NCBI RefSeq assembly: GCF_009914755.1
Contig: NC_060925.1
Origin: the human T2T-CHM13v2.0 reference genome, Homo sapiens
Length of the DNA stretch: 64,000 nucleotides
Strand: one strand, 5' to 3'
The first letter of the stretch is position 1. Each line of letters starts with the position of its first letter. The position numbers and the translations under genes are program-made. The notes below the pieces were generated by a model, which was given only the letters and a program-made list of their open reading frames with translations, was not told the origin of the DNA and ran no database searches. Of this stretch, positions 29,375 through 43,893 are shown one piece after another.

Positions 29375-30120
29375 TCCAACAAGCAAATATATTATTTCAT
29401 CATCAACCAGTCCTTCAGTTCTCTAACACCAACTAGGTGTTCAACAATCAGTTAAATTCTAACACGAAATACTACCTCAAATTAGCATAGACCCCACAGG
29501 TTAAAGGCTCGGTTCCACAGGACTGCCCCCACTTTAGATGGCAGCCAAAAGTGGGATCTCCAGGCAACCAACATATCTGCCTGGCTGACTACAAATCTGG
29601 GGTTCCCACAACCATCACCCCACTCCCCACTGGTTCAGTAATTTGTTAGAATGACTCACAGAACTTTGGCAAAACCATACTGTATTATAAAGGATACAAC
29701 TCAGGAACAGCCCAATGGAAGAGGTATATAGGGCAGGGTATGGTGGTGGGGAGCACAGAGCTTCATGTCCTCTCTGGGAACACCACCCTCCCAGCTCACT
29801 GATGTGTTTACCAACCCAGATGCCTCCTGAACCCCAACATGCTGAACCCCAACATTTAGCATGCCCATCATTACATAGGCATGCTCGATTAAACCATCGG
29901 CCATTGGCAATTAAACTAATCTCTAGTGCCCCTCCTCCCTAGAAGTGGGAGTAGGGGGAGGCTGAAAGTTCTAGCCTCCAGTCCTGTGGCTGTTTGTTCT
30001 GGCTACAAGCTACCTCCTCTAACCTATCCAGGGCCCCTCTCTCCTCCATGAGTCATTTCATTAGCATATGAAAGACTGCCAGGAACCAGAGACAAAAACC
30101 AAATACTTTTTAAATTTTAT
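29375..30120 (-). mobile_element. MER21-family LTR
   Basis: gaccccacaggttaaaggctcggttccacaggactgccccc...tactgtattataaaggataca...ccaggaaccagagacaaaaaccaaata; similar to 38797-39582. Confidence 0.7.
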
Positions 30121-30744
30121 CTTAGGGACAAATTCATGATTGGCCCAAGCCTCTTTGGCTCAGGCTCTGGTCAACCAACAAAGGATGGAAGCCATGGGGA
30201 CAGGAGGAAACCCACAAGCCCCCCTCCTGTCTCCAAGGACCTTTGGGCATCTTCCTCTGACTCCTCCTCAGAGACATAGAATAAAGCCCAAAACATGGGC
30301 TCAGCTCCTGAATGAGGGTGTAGATGTTATAACCCATGGCCACTGGCAAGAGAAGCTAAGGAAGCTGTTGCTGCTAGAAGTTCAAGGAGTTAGGAAAGAC
30401 AGGAAGCTGGGTGGAATTAAAAACAGAAATGGAAATTTTTCATTCCTATCAAGGATTTTAGCTTCTTCCTCTCTTCTCACAGGTATCCTCCTGAACAGGA
30501 GTATCAGACACAGAGCCGATTGTTACCCCAAACACCCCCTCCCCGAGGCTTCCTTTCTGTTCTCAGGAGCTCTCTGTGCACCCTCTGTGACACTTGCTTT
30601 CTTTCTGATGCTGGTGCCTGTGACAGGCTCTGAACTCTGCTCTCTCTCTGTTGCCCTGAGCTGAAGTTGTCCCTGAGGGATTTTAATCTTGCAGAATAAT
30701 TTGGCATTTACAGATAATTTACCAAACCATTTGTTTCCATATAG

Positions 30745-30798
30745 AGGAAGTCATGCTCGCTGAAGAAAATAAAAATGCTGGAACATCCGCCTTAGAAG
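30745..30798 (+). CDS. CACNA1E: CACNA1E exon 9 (54 bp), I-II linker
   Basis: ccatatag|AG GAA GTC ... TTA GAA G|gtaagg; EEVMLAEENKNAGTSALE; phase matches exons 8 and 10. Confidence 0.95.
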
Positions 30799-31319
30799 GT
30801 AAGGAAATGTTCTGATGCCTTATTCCAGTTGCATTTGCCCCTCTTAGGCGATGGCAATCTCTGTTATTCAAAAGGGGAGAAAGAAATGAAAGATGGTGTT
30901 CTGGGATTGGAAATGAGAGTCTTTCTGTCATAAAATCCCTCATGCTTTAAAATGAAGGGAATTGAGTCACAGATTTAAATGCCTTTTAAAGTGATGAAAA
31001 TGAAACCCAAGAGTTGCTTTGTTCCAGGGCATGTGATTGATACTGAGCAAGGAAAAGGCCATCCTACAACCAATGCTATCTAAAGGGACCTTCTCTTAAA
31101 ATGTGTGGGGATCACCTTGAGACCACTTTCATTACCAGGAAGTGGCATTGTAGATGAAGAGCCAGGACAGATGGATACGGAGTGCCTGTTTACCTCCTGC
31201 ATTTAGATAGGCTCTAGCATGGCTTCCAGAGCTCTTGTGTTGCAGGAAGGTGCTGGTGAGCACAGCATTTGCGGTCCGGTAGACATCCGTGATTTCTGTT
31301 ACCCTGGCTCAGGTATTAA

Positions 31320-31568
<249 letters not shown>

Positions 31569-32252
31569 TGAATCTCCCACGAAAAGGAAGATCCTGTCTT
31601 TTGAGAAGCACCACAAGGAGGGAAAGAATCCAAAGGGTCCAGAATTTAGGAATGTAATTAAGGAAAAGGGTGGAAATCGAATCTAGATTACAATGATTTA
31701 TTTAAAAAAAAAAAAAAAAGGACCTGGGGATGCTATTTATTCACACGAAACATGGGATTTAGGGCTAAGAATCCAACCCAAGTTTTTCAGGTGTGGCAGA
31801 TGTATTCCATTTGCAGAAGTATCCACCCTCTCCTGGGAGTGATGATGAGAACCCACTATGGGACATTGTTCAAAGGATCCTGAGGACCTGTTGCTTCCAG
31901 GGACACGGATGTGAGATCTTGAAGCCATTTGCTTAACAACAGTAGCCCCCACCTACTTCCATCATGTGAAATTTAAACTAATTCTGATTGGCAATTATTT
32001 AACATTATGTGTTCCATCTCAGGTGCTCCTAGAGATTCTGGCTGATGGCAGGTTTTTCCTCCCCAGAAAAAGGGAAAGGTCTTGTTCCATCCTCAAAAGC
32101 AGAAGAGACTTACAAAGCTCATTGCTGTTTTGTGCCACCAGTGGTAGAAATATCACCAGTGTAGCAGAAGAATTCCAGTGCTTGAAGCTATTTTAAAAGG
32201 AAAGGGCAGAAAGAAGCCCAATCTGTTAAAAACATAAACACGATCCTATTAA

Positions 32253-32714
<462 letters not shown>

Positions 32715-33415
32715 TAAAGCCTCTCTCTAAAGCCTCCTCTGCTGGTCCCCATGTGGGGCAGCTTGATGTGTGTGTGAACGCAAGACAGCAAAGCACCCTG
32801 CTAGGAAAGGTTCTACCTCTTCACGCTGTGAGGGAGGCCACATCGTCCTCAAGGGGGCTGGAGTATCTCATGACTGTTTCCAGCTTTCATTCTTTAGGTA
32901 AACAGATCATTGTTGATGAATCAACAAGATAGCATAACGTTATACCTTTGGGTACCATAAAGCCTTCACTTCCTTTCTTAAGGAGGCTCAATGATCAGGA
33001 GTTTTGATCATTGAAATCCCGGGCAGGAAGTTCTCAGGGCAATGGAGACCTCAAATAGACCAGAAGAAGAGCTTATAGGTCAGCTCCAGATTAGACTGCC
33101 ACTGGGTGTGAGTGAGGGTCAGGGGCCTGTCCCTGCCAGGCATGTAGGGAGGAATCCAGCTCTTTGATCAAAGCCATAGTAAGTCCTCTCTTTCCCCCTG
33201 AGGGCCCTCTACCATATAAAGACCAGTGACAGGCCTACCTATTGAAAGAGAGCAATGCTGATCTCTTGAGTGCACCTGGGACTCGGCCTGGGTCAGAGGG
33301 TACTCGGACATCATTAGGCTCTGTCCAGCCCTGGCCTGATGTGGCCACCGAATGTCCTGACGTGTGTTGTTGTGAGATCCTCTGTAGGTGGGTGTGTTAG
33401 CTGAGAAGTGCATGA

Positions 33416-33613
<198 letters not shown>

Positions 33614-34015
33614 TGATATGCCCTGGTTTTAGATAAGCAGCTTGCTCCTTACTCAGCATGAGGCACTGAAATCAGAATATGTAAAAGCGGAATAGATAAG
33701 ATTAGCTAAAGGGAATTCAGAAGCGAGTGAATCCTTCCCATGCAGGGTTTGTTTGTTTTTCTGAGCTCTTTGATTTTCAATATTTTTATTAAAATGTAAC
33801 ACATACATTATAGAGGGTACACTTAAGTGTATAGCTCCGTGAGAGTTTACAAAGCTACCCATAGCCAGAGTTTTGAACCACTTATTATCTTGGGGGAAGC
33901 CTGAAAAGGACAAAGGACTTGATTTTAGAGGTGGTTCCATAGGAAAGAGAAGCTTATATATTTGTTTTTCTACTTCAGTTTAAAATTGGGATAATTATCT
34001 AGATAGACCCTCATT

Positions 34016-34018
<3 letters not shown>

Positions 34019-34064
<46 letters not shown>
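34019..34064. repeat. (AC)23 microsatellite in intron 12
   Basis: Perfect dinucleotide run read directly. Confidence 0.98.
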
Positions 34065-34068
<4 letters not shown>

Positions 34069-35147
34069 ATATTAGCAAGTCCTCACAGAGAATATCTCAG
34101 TCAGCTGTTTACTTTCTACATAGCATGGATATCTAAATGTATACATTGTGCTAACACTTCAAGGTGCTTTCACGTATCTTTTATTTTTGTCCCCTGCCGC
34201 TTACAGGAGTCCTATGAACTACATTACATTTCAGGAGTTAGCCTTCCCATTTACACAAGAATAAATAGAAGCTACCGTGCCCAAGTTCATATACCCAGTT
34301 AGCAGCAGAACTGGGTCGCAGAACTTTGGGCTCCTGAACCACTTCTCTTTCTGTCAATCCCACTACTTTTTCTGCCAAAGCTTCAGTTAGGTGCTAAAGA
34401 TTTTGAACACTTGCTAATCTACATTTTAACTTGGAACATATGGTTCTGAGTACGGGCAATTTTCAGGCATAACAGCTAGTGAGAGATCACTTTAACCTCA
34501 GTTTCTTTGTGTCCGTACCTTTCGGCATTGCTGTCAGGATTAATAGTTGTTGTTTCTCCTAGCACAATATCTAGAACATAGTGGACATTCAATAAATATA
34601 TAATTAAAATAAAAGAAATAGAAATGTTCATCTGAAATTGCTGCATCTTGCAGCAATCAGATCCTACATCACCATGAACTGTCACATTGCGGGATGCAAG
34701 ACCTCCATGACTGAAAGATATTTATTATATCAAGGACCAAAACGTTCTTGTTAGCACTAAATTTTAGGATGATGAGAGAATGTAGACCTTCTCTGAGATT
34801 TCTGTATTGAGAAGCAACTTGTACTAATCAGTTTCCTTGGTTTGAGTACCACTCCTTTGTCAGAGCAGCAGAAGCAGCAACTGGCTGTTGTAGTTTTCAC
34901 CAAGGACAGGAGTCAGTAAGCCAATCTACAGTGTGAAGGATTAAAGTTAGGAAGGGGATTGGAGAGCAATGGGAGAGAGGTGGCAGCTTCCCACATAGGT
35001 AGTTCTACTGAAGGTAGGGCTGGTGGGAGAGGAGAGTTTTTATTTCCCCATCCCCCACTGAGAGCTGTTGATGGTGTGCTGGGCGCTAGAATGCCCCCTC
35101 TTCTCCTCTTCCTCCTCCTCTCACTGTGGCTGGCATTGCCTCTCTAG

Positions 35148-35261
<114 letters not shown>

Positions 35262-35519
35262 TAAGTGATCAGAATTTGGACTTTTCCCAATGTCTTTGAG
35301 AGTAGAACCTTTTTTCTGCCTTATATTTTCTTCCATCTTCTCTTTCCCCCTTAGGGGGAAAGTATCCCTTCCTTGCCCCACCCCTTTTCTATTCTTTAGC
35401 TCTTCCTTTTTCTCCAAAGATTAAACCAAAAATATCTATGGTGCCACATTCCCAAGGGGAGCAATAGGTTTCTGCCCTCTTTACTTCCTACAAATATACA
35501 AATGCAGCTTATTTCATAG

Positions 35520-35735
<216 letters not shown>

Positions 35736-36179
35736 TAAGTGCCCAGAAGCTTTCCATCCAAAGGAGGCTCAAAACCCAGTCGTAGCCTGTGTTGGGCTAG
35801 GGTCATTAACTCAATCACCATGTTACTATCCTGTCTGCCTTTGCCCATGGCCTGAATTAACCACTGAGTGAGTTCATATGTGGAGTAAACGTCTCTGCTT
35901 TTATTCCTTTCATGCTGTACAGGGTTCTCATTCCGGGGACCCATCTCTTTGGTGCTGTCCCTGAAATGTGCAGCGTGGGCACATTCTTCAAAGTGCATAG
36001 TTTATCAGTAGTAGTCACTGTTACAGTCTTTGTAAGTTATGTGGAATGGGGAAAAAGTAGGGAAGAGGGGGGTTGTAGAAGAAAGGAGAAAAGAAGTGAT
36101 GAAAGCTGTGATCTTGGGGAATGGAAAACTTGGTATGTGAGATTTTCATTTCATTATTTTCTCTAATTTTGTTTTTCAG

Positions 36180-36252
36180 GTTTAACTTTAATGATGGGAC
36201 TCCTTCGGCAAATTTTGATACCTTCCCTGCAGCCATCATGACTGTGTTCCAG
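36180..36252 (+). CDS. CACNA1E: CACNA1E exon 15 (73 bp), domain II extracellular loop and P1 helix
   Basis: tttttcag|G TTT AAC ... TTC CAG|gtatga; [24 protein letters not shown]. Confidence 0.97.
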
Positions 36253-37154
36253 GTATGAGGCCAGCTGACGGTTCACAAGTGCTGCATGGGGTCCCTTGGA
36301 CTGCACACTGCAAGACAAGGATGAGTTTCAGGATAATTCTGCTTTTCCTTTCCAGGCTCCTCCCAGGGGATTGAGGCACTCTTTCTAGTTGAGCGGTCAT
36401 TACTACAATAATCCCTAGAACTTCTGTGGCTTTGTTCTTACCAATAGTAAGAGAGCTCTGTTGGGACCATCTCACTGTCCTTCTCTCACACCTGTGAGTT
36501 TGCAGGAGACACTGAGTCTGAGGCATTCAGCCAAGAATCACATCTATGGTTTTCTGAAATCTAGGGGCATCTTCTAACCCATTTAATGAGGTATCCATTA
36601 AATGGTGTTTATTTAACAAGGTCTCTTTTCCATCCCTACTCCCCCCAAAACTCAACCGTTTAAATCATGGGGAAAACTCAAAATCAATAGTGTCTTAGGC
36701 CTAAAGAAAAATACTGTTTGGCCAGAATCTGAGGTTGGACCACAACCCGTTTCCTGAACTGCAGCCCACAAGGCTCTTTCCAATCATGCTGCTGTTCCAG
36801 ACCCTGTATCTGGGCAGCTCTGAGGACAGTTAGGTAATGACCAGACCACCTGATCTGTGTCATTTCCACAAGGACCTTGCAAAACTGGAGGTGGGAGACA
36901 CTCTGTAGTTGGAGGAACAGAATCTTTCCCTTTGATGCTCTCCTTCCATTTTCAATGCCTAAAATTCTTTTCCATACGAAAAAAAAGTTTAGGATTATTT
37001 ATGGAAATGACTTTTTTTTTTTTTAACTCCCTGGCAAGATTGTCAAGCAAGGGGGTAGATGCAAAAGACCCAGGCCCAGAATTTGCCCTTGGCATTGGCC
37101 CCATTTTCTCCTCCAGCCCAGGTTTCTGATGCGCCTGTCATTTGCTTTTTGTAG

Positions 37155-37272
37155 ATCCTGACGGGTGAGGACTGGAATGAGGTGATGTACAATGGGATCC
37201 GCTCCCAGGGTGGGGTCAGCTCAGGCATGTGGTCTGCCATCTACTTCATTGTGCTCACCTTGTTTGGCAACT
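37155..37272 (+). CDS. CACNA1E: CACNA1E exon 16 (118 bp), domain II selectivity filter (TGEDW) and first half of IIS6
   Basis: ttttgtag|ATC CTG ACG GGT GAG GAC TGG ... GGC AAC T|gtatcctttt; filter Glu codon at 37167-37169. Confidence 0.97.
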
Positions 37273-37614
37273 GTATCCTTTTTAAGATGCACCTCCTCAA
37301 GCTGCCTGCCTTCCTGGACCAGCATTTGAGGAGGCATTGGTGGTGGTGGTGCTAGAGCTTGGGTTGGTGGGACAGGGGCGTGGACATTGTTTGGTGTACT
37401 AAAGTAAATAAGGATCCTGATCTGAAGGACTTTATGTACTAGTTGGGTAAAGAATACAAACGTAAACAAGATAGAGTATTATCCAAATCTGTAGTGTATG
37501 CAAAGAATAACATAGGAGGCTGTTACATTGAATGGTTGGAGGTACTATGAGCTGGGGAACATTAGACAAAGCAGAGATCACTGTAGGCTGAAAGAGGCAC
37601 ATTATACCACTAAT

Positions 37615-38075
37615 GAATTAATTACATGCTAATGTAGAACAGAGCCTGCCACATAGTAAGATCCCAAAAAATTAGTGTTAGGATTAATGCTATTACTGCT
37701 AATTATAGCAAATATGTATTGTATTTGGGCTATACGTGAGACCTTAAACTAAGTGCTTCATAGGCACTATTTCATCTAATCCTTACAAGACAGAGAAAAA
37801 AATATCTCGAGTAAAATAACTACTAAATTGTAAAGGGAAACTAAAGTCCAGTTCCATCTAACTCCAGTGCCCTATCCAATCACAAGATCTAGAACAGGAA
37901 ATTTAGGTTTTAATCCCAGCAACTCTGTGTATCAGCTGTGTGGCCTTGGGAAAGTTACTTAATGACTCCAAGCTTCTATTTTTTACAACTGAAAGGAGAA
38001 TAATAATATTTATCTCCTTTGTTCGTGGTGAATACTAAATGAGATAATTTATTTGCATGTGATTTATAATTACAA
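37615..38075. mobile_element. Cluster of MIR fragments in mixed orientation
   Basis: MIR core motifs (tcatctaatccttacaa; ctgtgtggccttgggaaagttacttaa). Confidence 0.6.
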
Positions 38076-38796
38076 ACTTCTATACAACTGTTAGATGCTT
38101 TTGGGGAGTTGGGTTGGCCGTGAATTGGGATTAGTAGAACAGAAAGGCAGAACCATGGGACGCAGGTGTATTTTTGCATTTTCCATAGTTTCATAGAGAA
38201 GACATGCTGTTTTACGTTTTCTGCCCTGAAAACATCTAGAGGTTGGGACAGACTAGAAGCTCAATATGAGAAACTCATGAAAAGAACACTAGGCAGTAAG
38301 TCACAGACATGGAAGCTCCATGTGTCCCAATGGCACCATCATTTTCCTGATATTCTGGGGGTAGTCAGAGCTGGGCTTTGATGCTAGAACAGTTCTATGT
38401 TCCACAACACATAGGCTTTGAAGAGAGTTGGAAATTGAGACTTCAGGCACTAGAGTATGGCATAGGAATAGATTTCATAGTGAATCATGTCTGCTGTGTC
38501 ACATTTTGTTAAATGAAATGTGGAACCCTTCAGGACCCTCACAAGAAGAATGGGAGAAGTTAGCATCTCATTATTGGGAGATGCTCAGTAACAGGGGCTC
38601 TGGAATCTCATTCTTTTTGTCGTTAAGGACAGAATGGTGTGACGCCCATTGGTCTAGGTAGGATTCAATTCCAGCCTCCCAGAATGGGGAGATGAGCTCC
38701 CATACTGAGCTCCCTACACATCTCGTTCAGTGATTCTCTTAGTTGTTATTGCTATGGGTAGAGGCCACAGCTGTCTAAAGACCTTTTGAATGTGGC

Positions 38797-39582
38797 TGAA
38801 CAAACTCAAAGTGCTTTTTCTGTTCCCTTACTCATCAACAATTAATGCAGAAGACTTCTGTAACCAAATGCGTGGGTTTTTTTACTCACCAACAAGCAAG
38901 CAATCCGGCAGTGGATACTAATTGGTGTCCTCTAATTCAATTCTGACGCTATCTACCTGGAGATAGCATCAGATCCCACAGGTCGATGGCTCAATCCCCA
39001 AGACTGCCCCTGCCTTACGATGACGATTGCATGCCTCAGGTTACTTTACCTGTGTTTTGAAGGCTATAATTCGGGGTTCCCACAACCCCCTTCCTGGGTT
39101 TGGTTAATTTGCTAGAATGGCTCACAGAACTCAGGAAAACACATTTACTGGTTTATTATAAAGGATATTACAAAGGATGCAGTTGAAGAGGGGCAGAGGG
39201 AAAGGCATGGGGATGGGCACAGAACATTCATATCCTCTCCGGGAGTGCCAGTCTCCAGGAACCTCCACATGTTCAGCTATCCAGAAGCTCTCCGAACCCT
39301 GTCCTTTTGGATTGTTATGGAGTCTTCATTACATAGGCATGATTGATTAAGCCATTGGTCATTGGTGATCAACTTAACCTTCAGCCCCTCACCCCTCCCC
39401 AGGGGTTGTGGGGGTAGGGCTGAAAGTTCCAACTCTCTAATCATGCCTTGGTTTGGTGACCAGCCCCCATCCAGAAGCTACCTAGGGGCTACCAGATAAC
39501 ACTTTGGAGTTTCTAAGGATTTAAAGAGTTGTATGCCAGGAAACACAGTTAAAGACCAAATAATAATTTTTCACAGTATTGT
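38797..39582 (-). mobile_element. MER21-family LTR inside the U12 intron
   Basis: ctaattcaattctgacgctatctacctggagatagcatcagatcccacagg...aaagaccaaata...ttcacagtatt. Confidence 0.75.
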
Positions 39583-39866
39583 AATTTTCCTCACCCCATC
39601 TGGCCCCCAGATGGTTTGATTCAAGTATTTCTTTATCCTGGGTAAAGAGATGATATGCAGAAGGAGGGAAGAAATATCCTCTTTCTCCTTTCAACAGAGT
39701 TGTACAACATCTCCCTCTCTGTTCTCACAGCCCCTGCTTAAGTGACTCTTCAGGGTAGCTTCTGTTCCTGTTAATGTCCCAGGCAGGAAAGATTATCAGG
39801 TGGCCTCTCAGCCTTGCTGAAGACTTTTGCTTTTCTTATTTGCCCATCCTTAATTCATCACCCCAG

Positions 39867-39934
39867 ACACGCTACTGAATGTGTTCTTGGCTATCGCTGT
39901 GGATAATCTCGCCAACGCCCAGGAACTGACCAAG
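39867..39934 (+). CDS. CACNA1E: CACNA1E exon 17 (68 bp), distal IIS6 gate
   Basis: ccccag|AC ACG CTA ... ACC AAG|gtaagc; YTLLNVFLAIAVDNLANAQELTK. Confidence 0.97.
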
Positions 39935-41461
39935 GTAAGCATTGTTTTCTGGGGATCTGATGTTTCTCTAGTGCCATTGGGTACCCTTTGGCCTTTGGAA
40001 CTCTCTCCCAAAGTCTACATTGTCTGACTCAGGCCTGCCAGGAAGGCCCTTTCTGGAAACTTCTGGACAGTTGGAGAGCCACACACCCATGACGGAAGGC
40101 TGGTTCACTTTTATTGAGTTTGGTGAGCCTCAACCTAGCCCAGGGGGCCTCAAGGAACACAGAAAATAACATCTTAATTTCTATGAGCCCTCAAAGGAGT
40201 CCTTTCCAGGATCATCATGGAGAGTCAAGAAAATTCTAAAGCCCTGGTTTTAAGTTCCACCTCTGCTACTGCAACCTGCGGCTGTGTGACCTGAATCACA
40301 TGACTTAACCCTTTTGGGTTTTGGTGGGAGAGAGATCAGGGCCATCACAGTTCCTGGGCTATGGCTGTTGGGATATTCCAGTAGGCAAAGGTCATTTTGG
40401 GGAAATTTCAATGAAGCCAGATACTAAATTTCTCACAGAACTGTTCCCTTCTTTTCTCTGATTAATTTCCCCAGTGTGGGGAGGTAATATTAACAGCAGT
40501 GGGATGGTCTACAGAGATGAGTAAAAACCCTTCTCTTCACAGAGGGTGCCAATTTGGTTTTGGGCAGAGGTGCATAGCATCCTGCTGACATTTCTGAGCT
40601 TCTTCCATGCATTCTCTGATGATCTTTCTACATCCTTGAGGGTCTTCTTATCTGCATATATGGTAGGAAAAATATCAGCTTTAGTAGCTGAGAAACTGGG
40701 TCTGAGTCCCACACCTGCCATTGGCTGTGTTGGCTTTGCTTGGACTCCTGATCTCTATTAGCATTGGTTTCTTCATGCATGAGACAGGAATGCCATATCT
40801 GCATTGTGTACCTTACAGGATTACTGTGAGGATCAAGTAAAATAACGTCTGTGAAAACCATAGCATGCTCTGAAGATGTATGTGCTCTTATTAGCTCTAG
40901 TCATTTTACCTGAGCTGGTTTTCCTTGGGTTCATCACATAGAGGGGACACTTGCAGGAATGCTGCTGAAGGGATGAGATCTTGGCCTAAGCACCCACTTA
41001 GCTGTGCAAAGAAGACACTACAATGGGGCACTCAGCCTCAGCACTTTACTTGGCGGGGTCCTTGCCTGGAAGGCCCCTGCTCCATCACTTCCAGACACTG
41101 TAGGACATCTGGGAAGTGTCAGCTCCTGCCACTGACCTCCACAGCCATAGCCAGCTCCACTGAGGGCTAGGGGTTGGGGTAGACTTCTCCTGGTTCTCAT
41201 GAGCAACCTGTGGATGGCTCCAGGATGGAGACAGGGATTGCTGGCCACGCTATAGCTGTGAGACTACTGACTCCCAAGGGGCCTGGCCTCTGGCCATCAG
41301 AAGTCTCTGAGCCAACCTAACATCTCGCTGTCTTGTTTATCCTCTTCCTGTGTCTTCCTCACTTCACTTGGTATTCAGAACTCCTCCTTAGGAGAGCAGC
41401 CAAGGGAAGCTACTCTCCTTCCTGGGGATCCCAGGCAAAGCCATCTCTGCTTTGTGTCTAG

Positions 41462-41560
<99 letters not shown>

Positions 41561-41609
41561 TGAGTCAGCTGCCCCCTTCACTGATCCCTGAGCTCCTGTG
41601 CTAACAGCC

Positions 41610-42900
41610 AATTCATCAACTCACAGAACTATTGGTTATAGGAGTGTACCTACTACATGCTGGGAACTGTTCCTGAGAATACAGCAGTGAGCCAGACAGA
41701 GTCTGTTTTCATGGAAGTGTTATTTCAGTGAGTGAGATAGATAATAAACATGCACATCATTTCAGATAGTGACAGGTGCTATAAGTAAATGAAACAGGGT
41801 CCTATGGTGGAGAAGTACAGGAGCTGGGTGGGAGCAGCTTATGTCAAGCCAGAAGGGATTCTCTGAAGGGGAGCTGTTTAAGCCAAGACCTAAGTGTGTA
41901 GATGACAGTCATGTGACATTTTGAAGGAAGAGTGTTCCCCAGCAAGGTTCAGTGTGACTGGTGTGTAATTAATGAGGGGAAATAGAGAAAGGGCCAGGGA
42001 GGGGGCAGGGGCCAACTCGGAGGTCCTTAAAGTCCAGGTGGAAGAGTTTAGCTTTTATTCTAGCTGAAATCACAAGAGGACTTCAAGTGGAAGGATGAAT
42101 AGGATATGATTTACACTTTTAAAAAGGTCACTCTGTTCTATGGAGCATAATGGACTGTAGGGGCCAGAGTGGAGGCAGGGAAAGAGTCTGCTCTCAGAGT
42201 AAAGTAGGTGAGAGGTAATGGGGGTTTAGACTAGGGTGGGGGAAGTGAAGGAGATGAGTAATCCCATTCAGTCGGTAGTTTGGAGAGAGAGCCAATAGGA
42301 TGAGCTCATGGATTAAATGTGGCAGGGGTGAGGATGAATAAAAGGGAAGAAACAAAAATCGATCCCAGGTTTTAAGGTTTTGTGGACTAAGCAACGGGTT
42401 GGGGAGTGGTGGTAGTTACTGTATCCCTGGAAACTGTTGGAAATCTAAAGTTCATTTTGAGATACTTCTAAGGCATCCAAGTATTGAACTGGCTATTGGT
42501 TACCTGCATCTGGAGCTCAGAAAAGTCAGAATTAAAACAATGATTGGGGAAGGTTGTTCGCATTTAGATGGCATTTAAGTCATTAGTATGGGTCAGATGA
42601 CCCAGAGACCCAGCTGCTGAGGACAGAGGCTGACAGCGCTCCTCCTGCTTAAGAGGAGAAATCAGCTAAGGAGACCAAGGGAGTGCAGCCGGGAGGCAAG
42701 AGAAAGAACAGGAGGTATAGTGTGCTGGAAACCTGTGAAGGAAAACTGCAGGAAGGAGGAGTGGGTGCCGGTGCTACATACTGTAGAAAAATCACATACA
42801 ATGAGGAACAGAAAAGGGACCACTGCATATGGCAAAATGAAAGCTGTTAGTGACCTTACAAGAGCCATTTTCGTGGCCAGGTTGGAACAGAACCCAGTTG
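41610..42900 (-). mobile_element. L2 fragment
   Basis: Reverse L2 terminus (acctactacatgctgggaactgttc) and purine-rich body. Confidence 0.65.
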
Positions 42901-43893
42901 AAGTGGACTAGGGAGAGAACAGGATGTGATAAAGGAGAGTGGTGAGTCCACTGCTTCAGGGATCTAGCCTGGACCTGTGGTAGAGCTACAGGTAGTCGGC
43001 CTGGGCCCTGCGTGGCCTGGTCTCTGCGTGGTGACACAGAGGGGTGTTGGAGAAGAGGCTGGGAAGTGACCATAGAACCACATAACTCCTGTTGTTGCAT
43101 CGGGGCCTGCATGAGGACTGTGTGAGTGGTGAGTGGTGCTGGGGCATCTGTGGGAGGGTCCGAGACCCCCAAGGGGGTAGAAGTCTATCCTGGCAATGAC
43201 CCTGTCATTGTTACTTGAAGCTAGTAAGGGAAGAGCCCTTGGTTGGCTAGAGTTCCAGTGAAGGGCTCCCAGGCAGCCTCTTCCTTGCCTTGTGGGGTGT
43301 GCCAGGGTTGTGTGTTGAAGCGGGGGACCTCCCTCCTGCACGGCCATCATGTTGCCTTTGCCTTTCGTAACAAATGCCTGGCCCCTGGATCCCTCTTCTG
43401 TGAGTGAAAGAGAAAAATTCCCTTCCAAATCGTTAAAGGTTGATAGGGAAATGCCGAAGATTGATAGGGAATATTCCTCTCTGGAATATTCTCTGGGCCT
43501 TGAGTAATTTCTACTCCACCTTCCCTGAACTCATGAGTTTGGGTTAAAAACACATACACACAGGTATCCAAAAATGTGGATGGGTAGGACTGGCTGTCAC
43601 TTAGGAGTGGGTGGTTCTATTTACTGAGATGAGGAAGCCTGGGGGAGAAGTGGGTTTAGAGAGATGTGAGTTGGGACAACGCTTGGCCCAGAGTAGAAAC
43701 TCACTATTTCTGGAATGAAAGAATGAATGAAATGTGGGTAGGCACAGGCAGGGCCGTGGGAATTGAGCAGAGTGTGCATCAGGGCACAGTGAGGTGGAAG
43801 GACGTGCTGCAAACATCCAAGACCAGCAGAGACCCGGGCTTTGGTGCTGTACATGTGCTGTGAGGTTGGCGTTGCTGGTGTGAGCCACCTCCG

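Larger units (their letters stand above)
37273..39866 (+). other. CACNA1E: U12-type (minor spliceosome) GT-AG intron 16
   Basis: 5' site GTATCCTTT is the U12 consensus; branch site TCCTTAAT at 39847-39854, branch A about 13 nt from the AG; no real polypyrimidine tract between branch site and AG. Confidence 0.92.
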
